From assembly GCA_963803705.1 (NCBI GenBank), contig CAWDNU010000004.1:922403-986402 (forward strand): a stretch of DNA of 64,000 nt. Direction: 5' to 3'. Shown here in pieces: positions 39,030 to 48,302 of this stretch (positions within the stretch are counted from its first letter, which is position 1; each line of letters begins with the position of its first letter). The position numbers and the translations under genes were made by a program. Below the pieces are notes generated by a model. The model made no database searches, was not told the origin of the DNA, and saw only the letters and a list, made by a program, of their open reading frames with translations. This DNA is from an uncultured Pseudobdellovibrionaceae bacterium (GTDB lineage Bacteria > Bdellovibrionota > Bdellovibrionia > Bdellovibrionales > UBA1609).

Positions 39030-39464
39030 ATGAAAACATGGAATGCTAAAGCTGCTGATAGACAAGATAAGTGGTGGTTAGTGGATGCAGAAGGTAAAAC
39101 TCTTGGTCGAATGGCCACTGAGATTGCAATGATTTTACGTGGAAAGCACAAGCCTACCTTTACTCCTAATGTAGACACCGGTGATTTTGTAGTCGTAATT
39201 AATCCTGAAAAAGTTGTTGTAAAAGGCAGAAAGTCTGAGCAAAAAATTTATTATAGACACACCGGCTTTTTTGGTGGCTTAAAAGAAACTTCTTTTAAAG
39301 AAATGTTAAAAAACAAACCAGAAGAAATAGTTCAAAATGCCGTAAAGGGGATGTTACCAAGAAACAAACTGTCCTCTCAGATCATTAAAAAGTTAAAAGT
39401 ATATCGTGGATCAGAACACCCGCATGATGCTCAGAACCCTCAACCTTTAGTTTCAAAATCATAA
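39030..39464 (+). CDS. rplM: 50S ribosomal protein L13
   Basis: [26 protein letters not shown]. Confidence 0.99.
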   Translation: MKTWNAKAADRQDKWWLVDAEGKTLGRMATEIAMILRGKHKPTFTPNVDTGDFVVVINPEKVVVKGRKSEQKIYYRHTGFFGGLKETSFKEMLKNKPEEIVQNAVKGMLPRNKLSSQIIKKLKVYRGSEHPHDAQNPQPLVSKS

Positions 39465-39476
39465 TAAGGATTACTT

Positions 39477-39872
39477 ATGGCAAATAGCGTTTTTTATGCA
39501 ACAGGAAGAAGAAAAACCAGTGCAGCTCGTGTATTTTTAAAACCTGGCACAGGTGTAATTACAGTTAATGGAAAAAAATTAGAAGACTACATCGTAGACG
39601 CAGTTCGTAGGCAATTAGTTTTTCAACCTTTTGAGGCTACTAACACTAAAGGCTCTTTCGATGTAAATGTAACAGTTAAAGGCGGCGGACTGACTGGCCA
39701 AGCCGGAGCCATCCGACACGGAATCTCTAGAGCCCTTTGTTCCACAGATTCTGACGCCATGAGACCCAAGCTTAAAGAGGCCGGTCTACTTACTCGTGAT
39801 TCAAGAATGGTTGAAAGAAAGAAATACGGCTTACATAAAGCTAGAAAAGCAGTTCAGTTCTCTAAACGTTAA
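39477..39872 (+). CDS. rpsI: 30S ribosomal protein S9
   Basis: [28 protein letters not shown]. Confidence 0.99.
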   Translation: MANSVFYATGRRKTSAARVFLKPGTGVITVNGKKLEDYIVDAVRRQLVFQPFEATNTKGSFDVNVTVKGGGLTGQAGAIRHGISRALCSTDSDAMRPKLKEAGLLTRDSRMVERKKYGLHKARKAVQFSKR

Positions 39873-39958
39873 TTTCTAGGTTTGTTTACGGATTTTGTTT
39901 CGTAAACATTTGTTTTATTTGTTAAAACTAATTTATTTAAAAAAAGCCCAACTTATCG

Positions 39959-39983
39959 TGATCTGTACCCCAAAAGTGGGACA
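39959..39983 (+). mobile_element. Solo IS3-family-like terminal inverted repeat
   Basis: TGATCTGTACCCCAAAAGTGGGACA begins 5'-TG and resembles IS150/IS3 ends; no transposase follows. Confidence 0.5.
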
Positions 39984-40154
39984 GATTAAAAACGCCCAGC
40001 TTTTTCAAGGTGCCTTCTATATTTAGTTGGGGGCTTTTTTTTACGCTTTGAAAACTGCTTTCTAAAAACAATGCCAGCCAAAATGGTCTTGCTGCGTCTT
40101 TCCGATGCTAAAAAAATAAACTTAAAATGTAAATATTCCATTGGAGGATTATTT

Positions 40155-40997
40155 ATGATTAGGTTTATTTGCATTGCTACAGTTCAATTGTTTAGCTTAG
40201 CCCTTTTAGCTGCGCCCACAAAAATTAACGCCCCGTTTTTTAAGGTCGAGAAAAATGGCGAAGTAGCTTATATGCTTGGAACAATCCACACTGGTTTAGA
40301 CTTCAGTGCTTTACCAAGAGACATCCAAATTATTGCAGATGCTTCAGATACTTTAATAGTCGAGACGGACATGAGTTCAGCTCAATCAATTGTGGCTTTA
40401 GCCTTTCCTCCTGGTCCCCCAAACTCGCTTAAAGATCAATTAACGGCTGCTGAGTGGGATAAGTTTTCCTCAGTTGTAGCTCCACTACTTGGACCTCAAG
40501 CAAATCTTGTGATGGACCGCTTACATCCAGCGATAGCCACGTCTATGTTTTCAACAGCGAATTTTCCTGTCACAAAAGAACCTATAGATAAGTTTTTAGT
40601 TTTAAAGTTTATGGAAGCAAACAAACCAGTACAATTTTTAGAAGACATCTCTGTTCAGCTCGATGTTTTAGAGGCAACGCAAACTATAGACACACTGAAA
40701 CTGCAATTATTAGTCACGCAGGCGCAAATGGATCAACAAGCTCAAATGCTACTTTCTATTTATTCATCTGGAAGTCTTACTATGATCGAACAGTTTTTAG
40801 TTAACCCTATGCCACAAGACCAATTAGTCTTACTATTAGATAATCGAAACTTAGCATGGCAGCAGAAATTCGAAGACATCTTCAACCAGCCTGGCCAAGA
40901 ATTCTTTGCTTTTGGAGCTGCTCATTTACCAACTGACTTAGGAATGGTAAAGCTAATTGAAGAGCTGGGCTTTACTGTCACTCAAATCCAACACTAA
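40155..40997 (+). CDS. TraB/GumN (TIKI-like) family protein
   Basis: YMLGTIH, LE....Q, RNLAW, FGAAHL; GGAGG SD before ATG 40155; signal peptide. Confidence 0.88.
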   Translation: MIRFICIATVQLFSLALLAAPTKINAPFFKVEKNGEVAYMLGTIHTGLDFSALPRDIQIIADASDTLIVETDMSSAQSIVALAFPPGPPNSLKDQLTAAEWDKFSSVVAPLLGPQANLVMDRLHPAIATSMFSTANFPVTKEPIDKFLVLKFMEANKPVQFLEDISVQLDVLEATQTIDTLKLQLLVTQAQMDQQAQMLLSIYSSGSLTMIEQFLVNPMPQDQLVLLLDNRNLAWQQKFEDIFNQPGQEFFAFGAAHLPTDLGMVKLIEELGFTVTQIQH

Positions 40998-41220
40998 TTA
41001 CACCTAGCTATGGCCGTGCAGTGGGGACTTTTGACAACTTCAAATTCTAACTGCACAGAAATTTTGCTATTTAAGAATCAAATTTTGAAAAAAAGACAGT
41101 ATGTTTTAGAAATAAAGCCCTATTTGAATTAAGACTAACCCTGGTCGTAGACACCCTTTCGGCAACGCATTATATATTTGGAAACACTATGTGCAGCATA
41201 GTCGATCTTCGGGGGTTGAA

Positions 41221-42399
41221 GTGGGGATTTTTGTAAGTAGGTCTTTTGCATTTTACAGACAAATTTTGGTTTTGATTCTTACATTGTCTTTCTTTCATGT
41301 TTCCCAAGCAAAATACACCTACATTTTAGACTTCGATGGGACCATTGTAGATGATGCTCGTACAGAAAGCTCGTGGAAGACACCATGGGTTTTAAGACGC
41401 ATAGATCGGGTGCGCTCCAGCACGCAATTAAGTGATGAACTTAGACGTGCACCGCAAAAGATACAAATCTCTTTTGCCGAATACGTTTTTAACTTGGGCA
41501 AATGGTCCGTTGGTGATGGAAGCATAGGAAACTACTCGCCTATTCAATTGCCTGAAGACCCCTTTCTGATACGTCCAAAGCAGATTGTTCCTGGTTATTA
41601 CTATGTTGATCTAAACGTGACTTTCAGATTTTACAAAACCGGTTCTGAGGGCGAAAACTATGCCGTTCAAAATTATTTAGAAGCCAAGGAAAGAATAAAA
41701 AAAAGTAAGTTGGATCCAATGGATTTTGCTGGAAGAGCATTTCCACTTCTAGCACAGGCAACAAATGATCCACTTACAGTGGGCAATTTACATATTTTTA
41801 CAGCCCGGGACCAAAGCCAAAGGCAATTCAACGAGCTTTTTGATTTGCTTCAAAGACATGGTCACATTGAGCACGCGATCGGTAAAAACAAACGAGGTCT
41901 TCCAACAACACCTACAGTTCATAACTTGCAGGGCATAGATTCGATACTTTACGGCCGCAGTCTTGTCGAGGGCAAATTAAGCGTAGTTGAAAGTATCGCC
42001 CGGCAACTTTCAAATAGTAGCGCGCCAAAAACCTTGGATTATTCGGCAAAAGACCCAAGCAAAATTATTGAAACTCATACAGTAATTGTTGCAGAAGATG
42101 ATCCAACTAACGCTACTGCGATTATAGATCTGCTGGTGTCTTTATCTCACGCCAACTCGACTCGGAAAATTAAGTTGGTATTTATGAACACAGCCACTGA
42201 CAAAGTTTTATCAGGACTGTCATACCCGTATAATAGTAAATGGTTAGTTTTCGAACAAGGTTTTCCAAGGCAAGCCTCGCCCCAAGAGGTTTCAAACTAT
42301 TTAGGTGACAAGCCATTGGCACAGCCTTCAATTCGAACAGCTTTTATGACAAGTGATTTTTCAATGTGCTTAACCTATTTAGATTCTGGGGTACTGTAA
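41221..42399 (+). CDS. Exported HAD-superfamily phosphatase-like protein
   Basis: Signal peptide ...SFFHVSQA, then motif I LDFDGT, motif II IFTAR, candidate motif III K (EGK), motif IV AEDD..N; GTG 41221 has a GGGGG SD (alternative start 41191). Confidence 0.7.
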   Translation: MGIFVSRSFAFYRQILVLILTLSFFHVSQAKYTYILDFDGTIVDDARTESSWKTPWVLRRIDRVRSSTQLSDELRRAPQKIQISFAEYVFNLGKWSVGDGSIGNYSPIQLPEDPFLIRPKQIVPGYYYVDLNVTFRFYKTGSEGENYAVQNYLEAKERIKKSKLDPMDFAGRAFPLLAQATNDPLTVGNLHIFTARDQSQRQFNELFDLLQRHGHIEHAIGKNKRGLPTTPTVHNLQGIDSILYGRSLVEGKLSVVESIARQLSNSSAPKTLDYSAKDPSKIIETHTVIVAEDDPTNATAIIDLLVSLSHANSTRKIKLVFMNTATDKVLSGLSYPYNSKWLVFEQGFPRQASPQEVSNYLGDKPLAQPSIRTAFMTSDFSMCLTYLDSGVL

Positions 42400-45032
42400 T
42401 GAAAATAATAGCAACTTTTCTTGTCACGGTACTGCTACATTCGAATCTGTTTGCTTCTGCAAATTGTTTAGAATTTATGACCAAGACCAATCTTGAAAAT
42501 TTGGCTGATTCTTCAGTCGTACCTTTTGAATACGCGACCATTTGGTCCAGTCGAAGAAATGTAAATCCTGAATCAAAACATCAGGTGAATGGATTTTTGG
42601 TAGAAGTGGTAACAGATCTCTTTCTGAAAAACAAAGCTTTACCTTTGGCTGAAGACATCGAAGCTCAGTTTAGCACCTACTTTGTTGATAAAAAACTTAA
42701 AGCTTTTGCAAAAGATATTATCGAAAAGGGATTAAGCAATTACTTACTTTCAGATGATACCCCTAGTTCAATTTTTGAAGTTTTATTGGTTGCGAAGGAT
42801 GCTAGGCGTAGAAAATTTTTTGAATTCAAAGATGAGCTTCGTGAAGATGCTATGCAATTCTTTTTGAAGCGCTTAAGAATGCCTACATTAAAAGAATTGT
42901 CTGAAATAAAAAAATTAGATGAAACAATTCTTTCATTATTTATCCCTAATCCTGAAAGCTTTGTCGAAAAAGCGATCGCTTTGAAGCCAGAAGTGGTTGA
43001 ATCTGTGCAGTCTACAGTGCTTAAAGTTTATTTTAGGGCTTTAAGTCAAAAAGATTTAGAAGAGTCTCAACGAACACAACCAACCAGCCCTACTCTTGAA
43101 AGCATGTTTGTTTCCCTTCGTGGAATAAAAAATTTTCCAGAACTACAAAAAGACATCGAAAATGGTCTTTTTACTTTGGGTCATCTAAGGGAGCTGATTG
43201 GTGGCCCTCAAGAGGACCAGATTGCGCTTATGACGCTATCATTGTTTCCTACATTGAAAACTTTAGAGGCTTTGGCTCGAAGAGAGCGTCCTGCTGCATT
43301 CAAAAACTTTATACCTTCTGAAGTTTACAATCCTGAAAGTAACCTTGCATTAGTAAATGCCCTTAAACAGAAACAAGGGTTTTTAATTACGTCTGTTAAT
43401 GCCGGGATGCCATTAAACGAAGCCATGTATTTTTCAATGCTGAAGTATGCTGGTGAAAAAAATTACGATATTGTAATTATACCGACTGGTGGAATTCTAG
43501 ACGGCCTTGATGGTCGATTACTTGATCATCCAAGAATTCATATTCTTACTCATACTGTTCAAAATAAGTTTTTAAGACTCTGGAACATTCCAGTGCTACC
43601 TAAAAACCAAAATGGCACTGCATCGTTGAATAATCCCAAGCAGCACTCACCTCTACAAATAACTATAGCTGGTCATCCCACCATTCAGCACTTCAATGTT
43701 CCAACAGCTACTAACCATGAAAGACACACTGCCATTTGGACCACAGGCTCCCTTAGCCAAGGATTTTACCCTTACAGACATGCTGTCCAAGGTAGAACGT
43801 CTGCCTTAGCTAAAAATCAGCATACTAACGGTTTTCTAGCCGTAGAAAGAGCTGACGGTGAGTCCGGTTTTGACCAAGAAGGTGTTTCGAATTTTTGGCA
43901 CCCTCGTCCAATTTATTTTACCGATGATTTTAGCACTGAAAGCAATTCAGCTGGATTTACCGATAATGGAGTCAAATACTCTGTATCAGAATCTGATAAG
44001 TACAATTTAAAATCAGTAACAAAAACTGTCGAAGGCATAGAAACACTTGTCTTAGGCGACTTGCACGAGCGCTTGTCCGACCCAGTTTTTTTAAAAGCAC
44101 TAACCGACTTTATAAAAGCTCACCCAGAAATTGAAAAAATTGTTCTGCACGATCCTATAGATGGCGGTTCGCACAATAGGCACGAAGCTAGAGCTATAGC
44201 ATTACTTAAAAGAAAATTTATAAGTGGAGAACTTGATTACCACAAAGAGATGATGGGTTTAGTTCAAGTTGTAAATGCACTAACTAACATTAACCCTGAA
44301 GTGAAAATTTTAATTGTTGATTCGAACCACAGCTACTGGGGAAAGCAGCTTCTTAGTGGCGCTCCTGAATTCCAAGAAATCGCTAATGGAAAATTTTTGA
44401 GTGAAATCAGACACGAACAGGACAACTACGGCTTTAGCGATCCTATTGAATATGTTTTTAAGTATAGAAATGATAAGATAAGTCGGCTACCACTAACTGC
44501 TCAGATAGAAGCACTTAAGACAGCTATATTGGTAGAAAATCCAGAACAGGTCATTGTGCTACCTTTCGGCAAACCTTACGTGGTTGGCCCTGACCATCGG
44601 CCTACGCATTTAAACTTTCATGGACATCAAGGATCTAATGGTGCAAGACCTTCGCCCAAAACCCACGCCATAGGCACAGAGAGCGCTATCACCGGTGATA
44701 GCCACCAGTCTTATATATTGGGCAATTGGCTAAGTGTTGGAACCTCAACGCCCCTACGAGTGGGGTACAACGACGGAGGCTACTCTGCCTGGAGCAATTC
44801 ATTTGCGACTGTTTATAACGATGGCAGCAAGCAACTGTTCACATATTCTAGTGAGACACAAACATTTATGGCTCGTAAAGATAAACAAAAGATGACAGAG
44901 AGCGAGTTTTTTGGGTCTGAAGATTTGGAAGTGGTTCCCAATGATAACGATGTTGTTACGGGTTCGATAGTTGATCAGAACACTCACATAATTAAAGCTC
45001 TATCAGATACCGGTTCAACAAACCGAAGATAA
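42399..45032 (+). CDS. Exported calcineurin-like metallophosphoesterase resembling the phage T5 A1 protein family (877 aa)
   Basis: ATG overlaps upstream TAA; signal peptide; GDLH, HDPIDG, SNH, HGHQGSNGAR, GDSH, VGTS...GY...SAW. Confidence 0.7.
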   Translation: MKIIATFLVTVLLHSNLFASANCLEFMTKTNLENLADSSVVPFEYATIWSSRRNVNPESKHQVNGFLVEVVTDLFLKNKALPLAEDIEAQFSTYFVDKKLKAFAKDIIEKGLSNYLLSDDTPSSIFEVLLVAKDARRRKFFEFKDELREDAMQFFLKRLRMPTLKELSEIKKLDETILSLFIPNPESFVEKAIALKPEVVESVQSTVLKVYFRALSQKDLEESQRTQPTSPTLESMFVSLRGIKNFPELQKDIENGLFTLGHLRELIGGPQEDQIALMTLSLFPTLKTLEALARRERPAAFKNFIPSEVYNPESNLALVNALKQKQGFLITSVNAGMPLNEAMYFSMLKYAGEKNYDIVIIPTGGILDGLDGRLLDHPRIHILTHTVQNKFLRLWNIPVLPKNQNGTASLNNPKQHSPLQITIAGHPTIQHFNVPTATNHERHTAIWTTGSLSQGFYPYRHAVQGRTSALAKNQHTNGFLAVERADGESGFDQEGVSNFWHPRPIYFTDDFSTESNSAGFTDNGVKYSVSESDKYNLKSVTKTVEGIETLVLGDLHERLSDPVFLKALTDFIKAHPEIEKIVLHDPIDGGSHNRHEARAIALLKRKFISGELDYHKEMMGLVQVVNALTNINPEVKILIVDSNHSYWGKQLLSGAPEFQEIANGKFLSEIRHEQDNYGFSDPIEYVFKYRNDKISRLPLTAQIEALKTAILVENPEQVIVLPFGKPYVVGPDHRPTHLNFHGHQGSNGARPSPKTHAIGTESAITGDSHQSYILGNWLSVGTSTPLRVGYNDGGYSAWSNSFATVYNDGSKQLFTYSSETQTFMARKDKQKMTESEFFGSEDLEVVPNDNDVVTGSIVDQNTHIIKALSDTGSTNRR

Positions 45033-45198
45033 AATAATAGTTCCAGTAACACTAACCTGGGTGAAAGAGGTGAATTTTCAGCATATGTAGTTGGTAACGA
45101 TCCTAGAAAAGAATTTGCGACGTCGCCTCTGATAAAAGTTAGTTGTACTTTTATAAACGAAATTTAGTTTCTTTTGAATTACGTTCTTTATTAAAATT

Positions 45199-46221
45199 TT
45201 ACTCAAGAACGTAGTTTTTAGGATCGACGGGAATACCATTTACCCGAACTTCATAATGAACATGAGGTCCGGATGAGCGGCCGGTGTTTCCGATAGCAGA
45301 GATCTTATCTCTTCTTCTAACCGTTTGCCCAACTTTCACAAACACTTTAGAGTTGTGTGCGAAACGAGTTAAAACTCCAAATCCGTGATCGATTGAAACT
45401 ATTTTCCCGTAGCCAGGTTCGTAGCCGACATAAGAAACCACACCGGCTGCTGGTGCGTGTACAGGAGTTCCCATGGGCCCAGCTACATCTAATCCTTTAT
45501 GAAGCGTGACCTTTCCAGTGAAAGGATCATTACGATAGCCAAAGTGTGATGACACCCAACCGTATGCTGGATAGATACTTGGGGTATGATCTAAAAGATC
45601 TCTTCGTTCAGACAAATTATCCCAAAGTTTCGACATATCCAATTCGACTTTTTGCGAGGATTTGCTGGATTGGACAATACGAACCTCAAGGTCAGAAAAA
45701 AATCTTGTAGATGAAGACTGTATTGCGTTTGGAGATCTAGAAAATAAGGGCCATTTAAAAAAACTGAGCTTTTGAGTTGAATCGTTACTAGAATCACTTT
45801 GTCTTCTTCTGGTGCTTGCCAAGTCGCGGTTTCGTTCTTCAGCAAGAATGTTTTCTCCGGGCCGCGGATCTGTATTAAAAACCAAATCTAACTCCCGGTT
45901 TTCATCTGTAACATCAGTGATCGATTTTAGCTTAGTAGATAAAGATTTTACTTTTTCAATTTGTAGTTCTAAAGAGCTAAGTTTGGCTTCTAAATTAACA
46001 TACTGCTTTTCCATTTGCTCATTTTTAACTTTTAAAATCTTATTTTCATTGCTTTCAGCCACAAGTTGAAAATAGTCTCCAACGATACCAATCAAAATAA
46101 GTACAATTACACTCAATACGAAAACTGAAAAATGTATCCAGCCTCTAGATAAGGTCATCATTCGAATCGGTGACTTATGATTTCCAGTGATGATAATATT
46201 GTACTTCTTGTCTGATTTCAT
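45199..46221 (-). CDS. M23 family metallopeptidase with N-terminal TM and coiled coil
   Basis: HKGLD, GYG, FAHNS, GNTGRSSGPHVHYEV. Confidence 0.92.
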   Translation of the reverse strand: MKSDKKYNIIITGNHKSPIRMMTLSRGWIHFSVFVLSVIVLILIGIVGDYFQLVAESNENKILKVKNEQMEKQYVNLEAKLSSLELQIEKVKSLSTKLKSITDVTDENRELDLVFNTDPRPGENILAEERNRDLASTRRRQSDSSNDSTQKLSFFKWPLFSRSPNAIQSSSTRFFSDLEVRIVQSSKSSQKVELDMSKLWDNLSERRDLLDHTPSIYPAYGWVSSHFGYRNDPFTGKVTLHKGLDVAGPMGTPVHAPAAGVVSYVGYEPGYGKIVSIDHGFGVLTRFAHNSKVFVKVGQTVRRRDKISAIGNTGRSSGPHVHYEVRVNGIPVDPKNYVLE

Positions 46222-46333
46222 TTTACCTCAAGTCTGGTTCTATCAAGGGCCACTATCGGAACAAAATCCTATAGATACCCCATTATTACGAACAATTGTG
46301 TATAGCGTCAAAAAACTGTCGTACAGTCAAAGC

Positions 46334-47059
46334 CTAATTAAGACTAATGACTAGGCAACTAATATTATCGGTGCCTCCGGCAGCATTCGCTTCATCTATG
46401 CAAATCTGAGAGACCTTTTCTAGTGGATTGTTCATTAATATTTTTGATATACCCTCGTTTGAAACCATACCGGTCAGCCCATCAGAGCAAAGTAGAAAAA
46501 TATCACCCTTGGTGTAAGACCGCACAACCACGTCTACTTTGACTGATTGATCATATCCTACGCTACGCGTTATGACGTTCTTACCCACCATCTCTTCGCT
46601 TTTGTTGGGGTCTATCAAACCAGCTCTAATTTGTTCTTGAACCAGGGAATGATCTTCAGTAACTTGCCATACTTTTCCATCTTTATAGAGATAAGCCCTT
46701 GAATCCCCTACGTTAGAAATAAAAATCTTATGTTTCGTCGCGTAACACGCAACTAAAGTAGTCCCCATTCCTTCCAAATCTTTATTACTAGCTCTGTGAC
46801 TGGACTCGTAAATACGATCGTTAGCCAGTATGTAGGCTTTTTCCAACCGAGTTTCTACTGGAGAAGACTGTAAAATCTCTTGGGCTAAAACTTCTTGAAG
46901 AGTTTCTACGGCCATCGCTGAAGCCACTTCTCCTCCCTTGTGGCCGCCCATGCCGTCAGCCACAGCGTAAATATGATGTCTAGCGTTCACAAGTATAGAG
47001 TCTTGATTTATCTGGCGTTTTTGACCTACATCAGTCTTTCCGTAAGCTTTAATATTCAT
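46334..47059 (-). CDS. PP2C-type Ser/Thr protein phosphatase (Stp1-like)
   Basis: NQD, VADGMGG, MGTT, NVGDSR, CSDGL, GGTDN. Confidence 0.93.
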   Translation of the reverse strand: MNIKAYGKTDVGQKRQINQDSILVNARHHIYAVADGMGGHKGGEVASAMAVETLQEVLAQEILQSSPVETRLEKAYILANDRIYESSHRASNKDLEGMGTTLVACYATKHKIFISNVGDSRAYLYKDGKVWQVTEDHSLVQEQIRAGLIDPNKSEEMVGKNVITRSVGYDQSVKVDVVVRSYTKGDIFLLCSDGLTGMVSNEGISKILMNNPLEKVSQICIDEANAAGGTDNISCLVISLN

Positions 47060-47207
47060 GTTGTTATTATTTTTCAGACTTGACCCGTAGTCCAGTGAAA
47101 TAGTCCAGTTAATTTAGATCATGGGTTCGGTCCAGTAAAAATAACCCAGTAAAATTGACAATGGATAAGACTCTATTTTTTATTCGGTTTTTCCGATAAA
47201 CTTAGGA

Positions 47208-48101
47208 ATGATGGTATCTGAAAAGCCCGAATCTGGGCGGTTTTTAGTATTTTTAGTAATTTCTGCAATAGTTCATATTGGCCTTTTTGCTTTGCTACTG
47301 TTGGGCCCAAGATACTTCTTTCTATCAGAGCTAAACAGACGCTTGGATCACACGGTCGAAAATAAAACTGAAGATCTTATCACTCAGATTGAATTGATAA
47401 ATGAAGAAGAACTTAGAAAACAGGTTGTAGAACAATCTGACGTTTCCGTAAATGAGGTTATCCCGAAGGAATCTGATTATTTAAGTGCAAAAAATCAATC
47501 CGTCGAAAAAGAAACAAAAGCCCGCAACAACGGAAAATTCAATAATAGTAGCGCGCCTGGGGTGACCCAAGTCATTCGAGGCCAAAAGTCGAAAGGAAAA
47601 ACTAAAAAGCAACCAGTTAAAAACTTTGGCCTAAGCGGTTTGCCATTGGACGATCCTTCAGAAAATAATAAAGCCCAAAAGAGCTACGCTTCTTTTGGGG
47701 ATGGTCTAAGCCAAACAGATGATTATTTAAAAGACGTTGATGAAGGCGCACAAACTGTCTTGAATACTAAAGAGTTCATTTATTACTCTTATTTTATGCG
47801 CGTTAAAGATCAACTTAGAAGTCACTGGAACCCTAGAATCAGAAAAAACGTTCAGGTTCTTTATGCAAAAGATCGAACTATTGCCAATTTAAATGTTAAA
47901 GCTACTTCCGTGCGAGTTACTCTTGATAAAAGTGGGTATTTAGAAAAAATCGAACTTTTAAAAACATCAGGATATGAAGAGCTTGATGTAGCTGCTATTC
48001 AAGCTTTTAGATCGGCAGCTCCGTTTTTAAATCCCCCTACAGGGCTGTTAGAAAAAGATAAGCGCATACGAATAGTTTGGGATTTCATCTTAGAGAGTTA
48101 A
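47208..48101 (+). CDS. TonB/TolA C-terminal domain protein
   Basis: N-terminal TM with S..VH motif; C-terminal SGYEELDVAAIQAFRSAAPF.NPP. Confidence 0.8.
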   Translation: MMVSEKPESGRFLVFLVISAIVHIGLFALLLLGPRYFFLSELNRRLDHTVENKTEDLITQIELINEEELRKQVVEQSDVSVNEVIPKESDYLSAKNQSVEKETKARNNGKFNNSSAPGVTQVIRGQKSKGKTKKQPVKNFGLSGLPLDDPSENNKAQKSYASFGDGLSQTDDYLKDVDEGAQTVLNTKEFIYYSYFMRVKDQLRSHWNPRIRKNVQVLYAKDRTIANLNVKATSVRVTLDKSGYLEKIELLKTSGYEELDVAAIQAFRSAAPFLNPPTGLLEKDKRIRIVWDFILES

Positions 48102-48302
48102 AATTAATTGAGAGTGGTAATCGAGCCTAACCCTTAGGACAAATTCTTTGCTATATTTAAATGCATATTTGCTTCAAACGTAATGAATTCCGAATCCCAT
48201 AAAATGATCTGAGACGCCCAGGGTTGCTACCTTTCTTCTTGTTTATTATAACTATTTCTGAACAAATATTTAATAAAGCAAATTTGAACAAGGGATGTTT
48301 TA

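Noticed and set aside
42399..45032. Prophage around the A1-like gene
   Set aside because: Flanks are rplM/rpsI, TraB/GumN, M23 and PP2C; no integrase, terminase or structural genes.
14110..47200. Sigma-28 promoters at CCGAT-containing -10 boxes (about 14120 minus, 46257 minus, 47192 plus)
   Set aside because: No convincing TAAA -35 element at the expected spacing.
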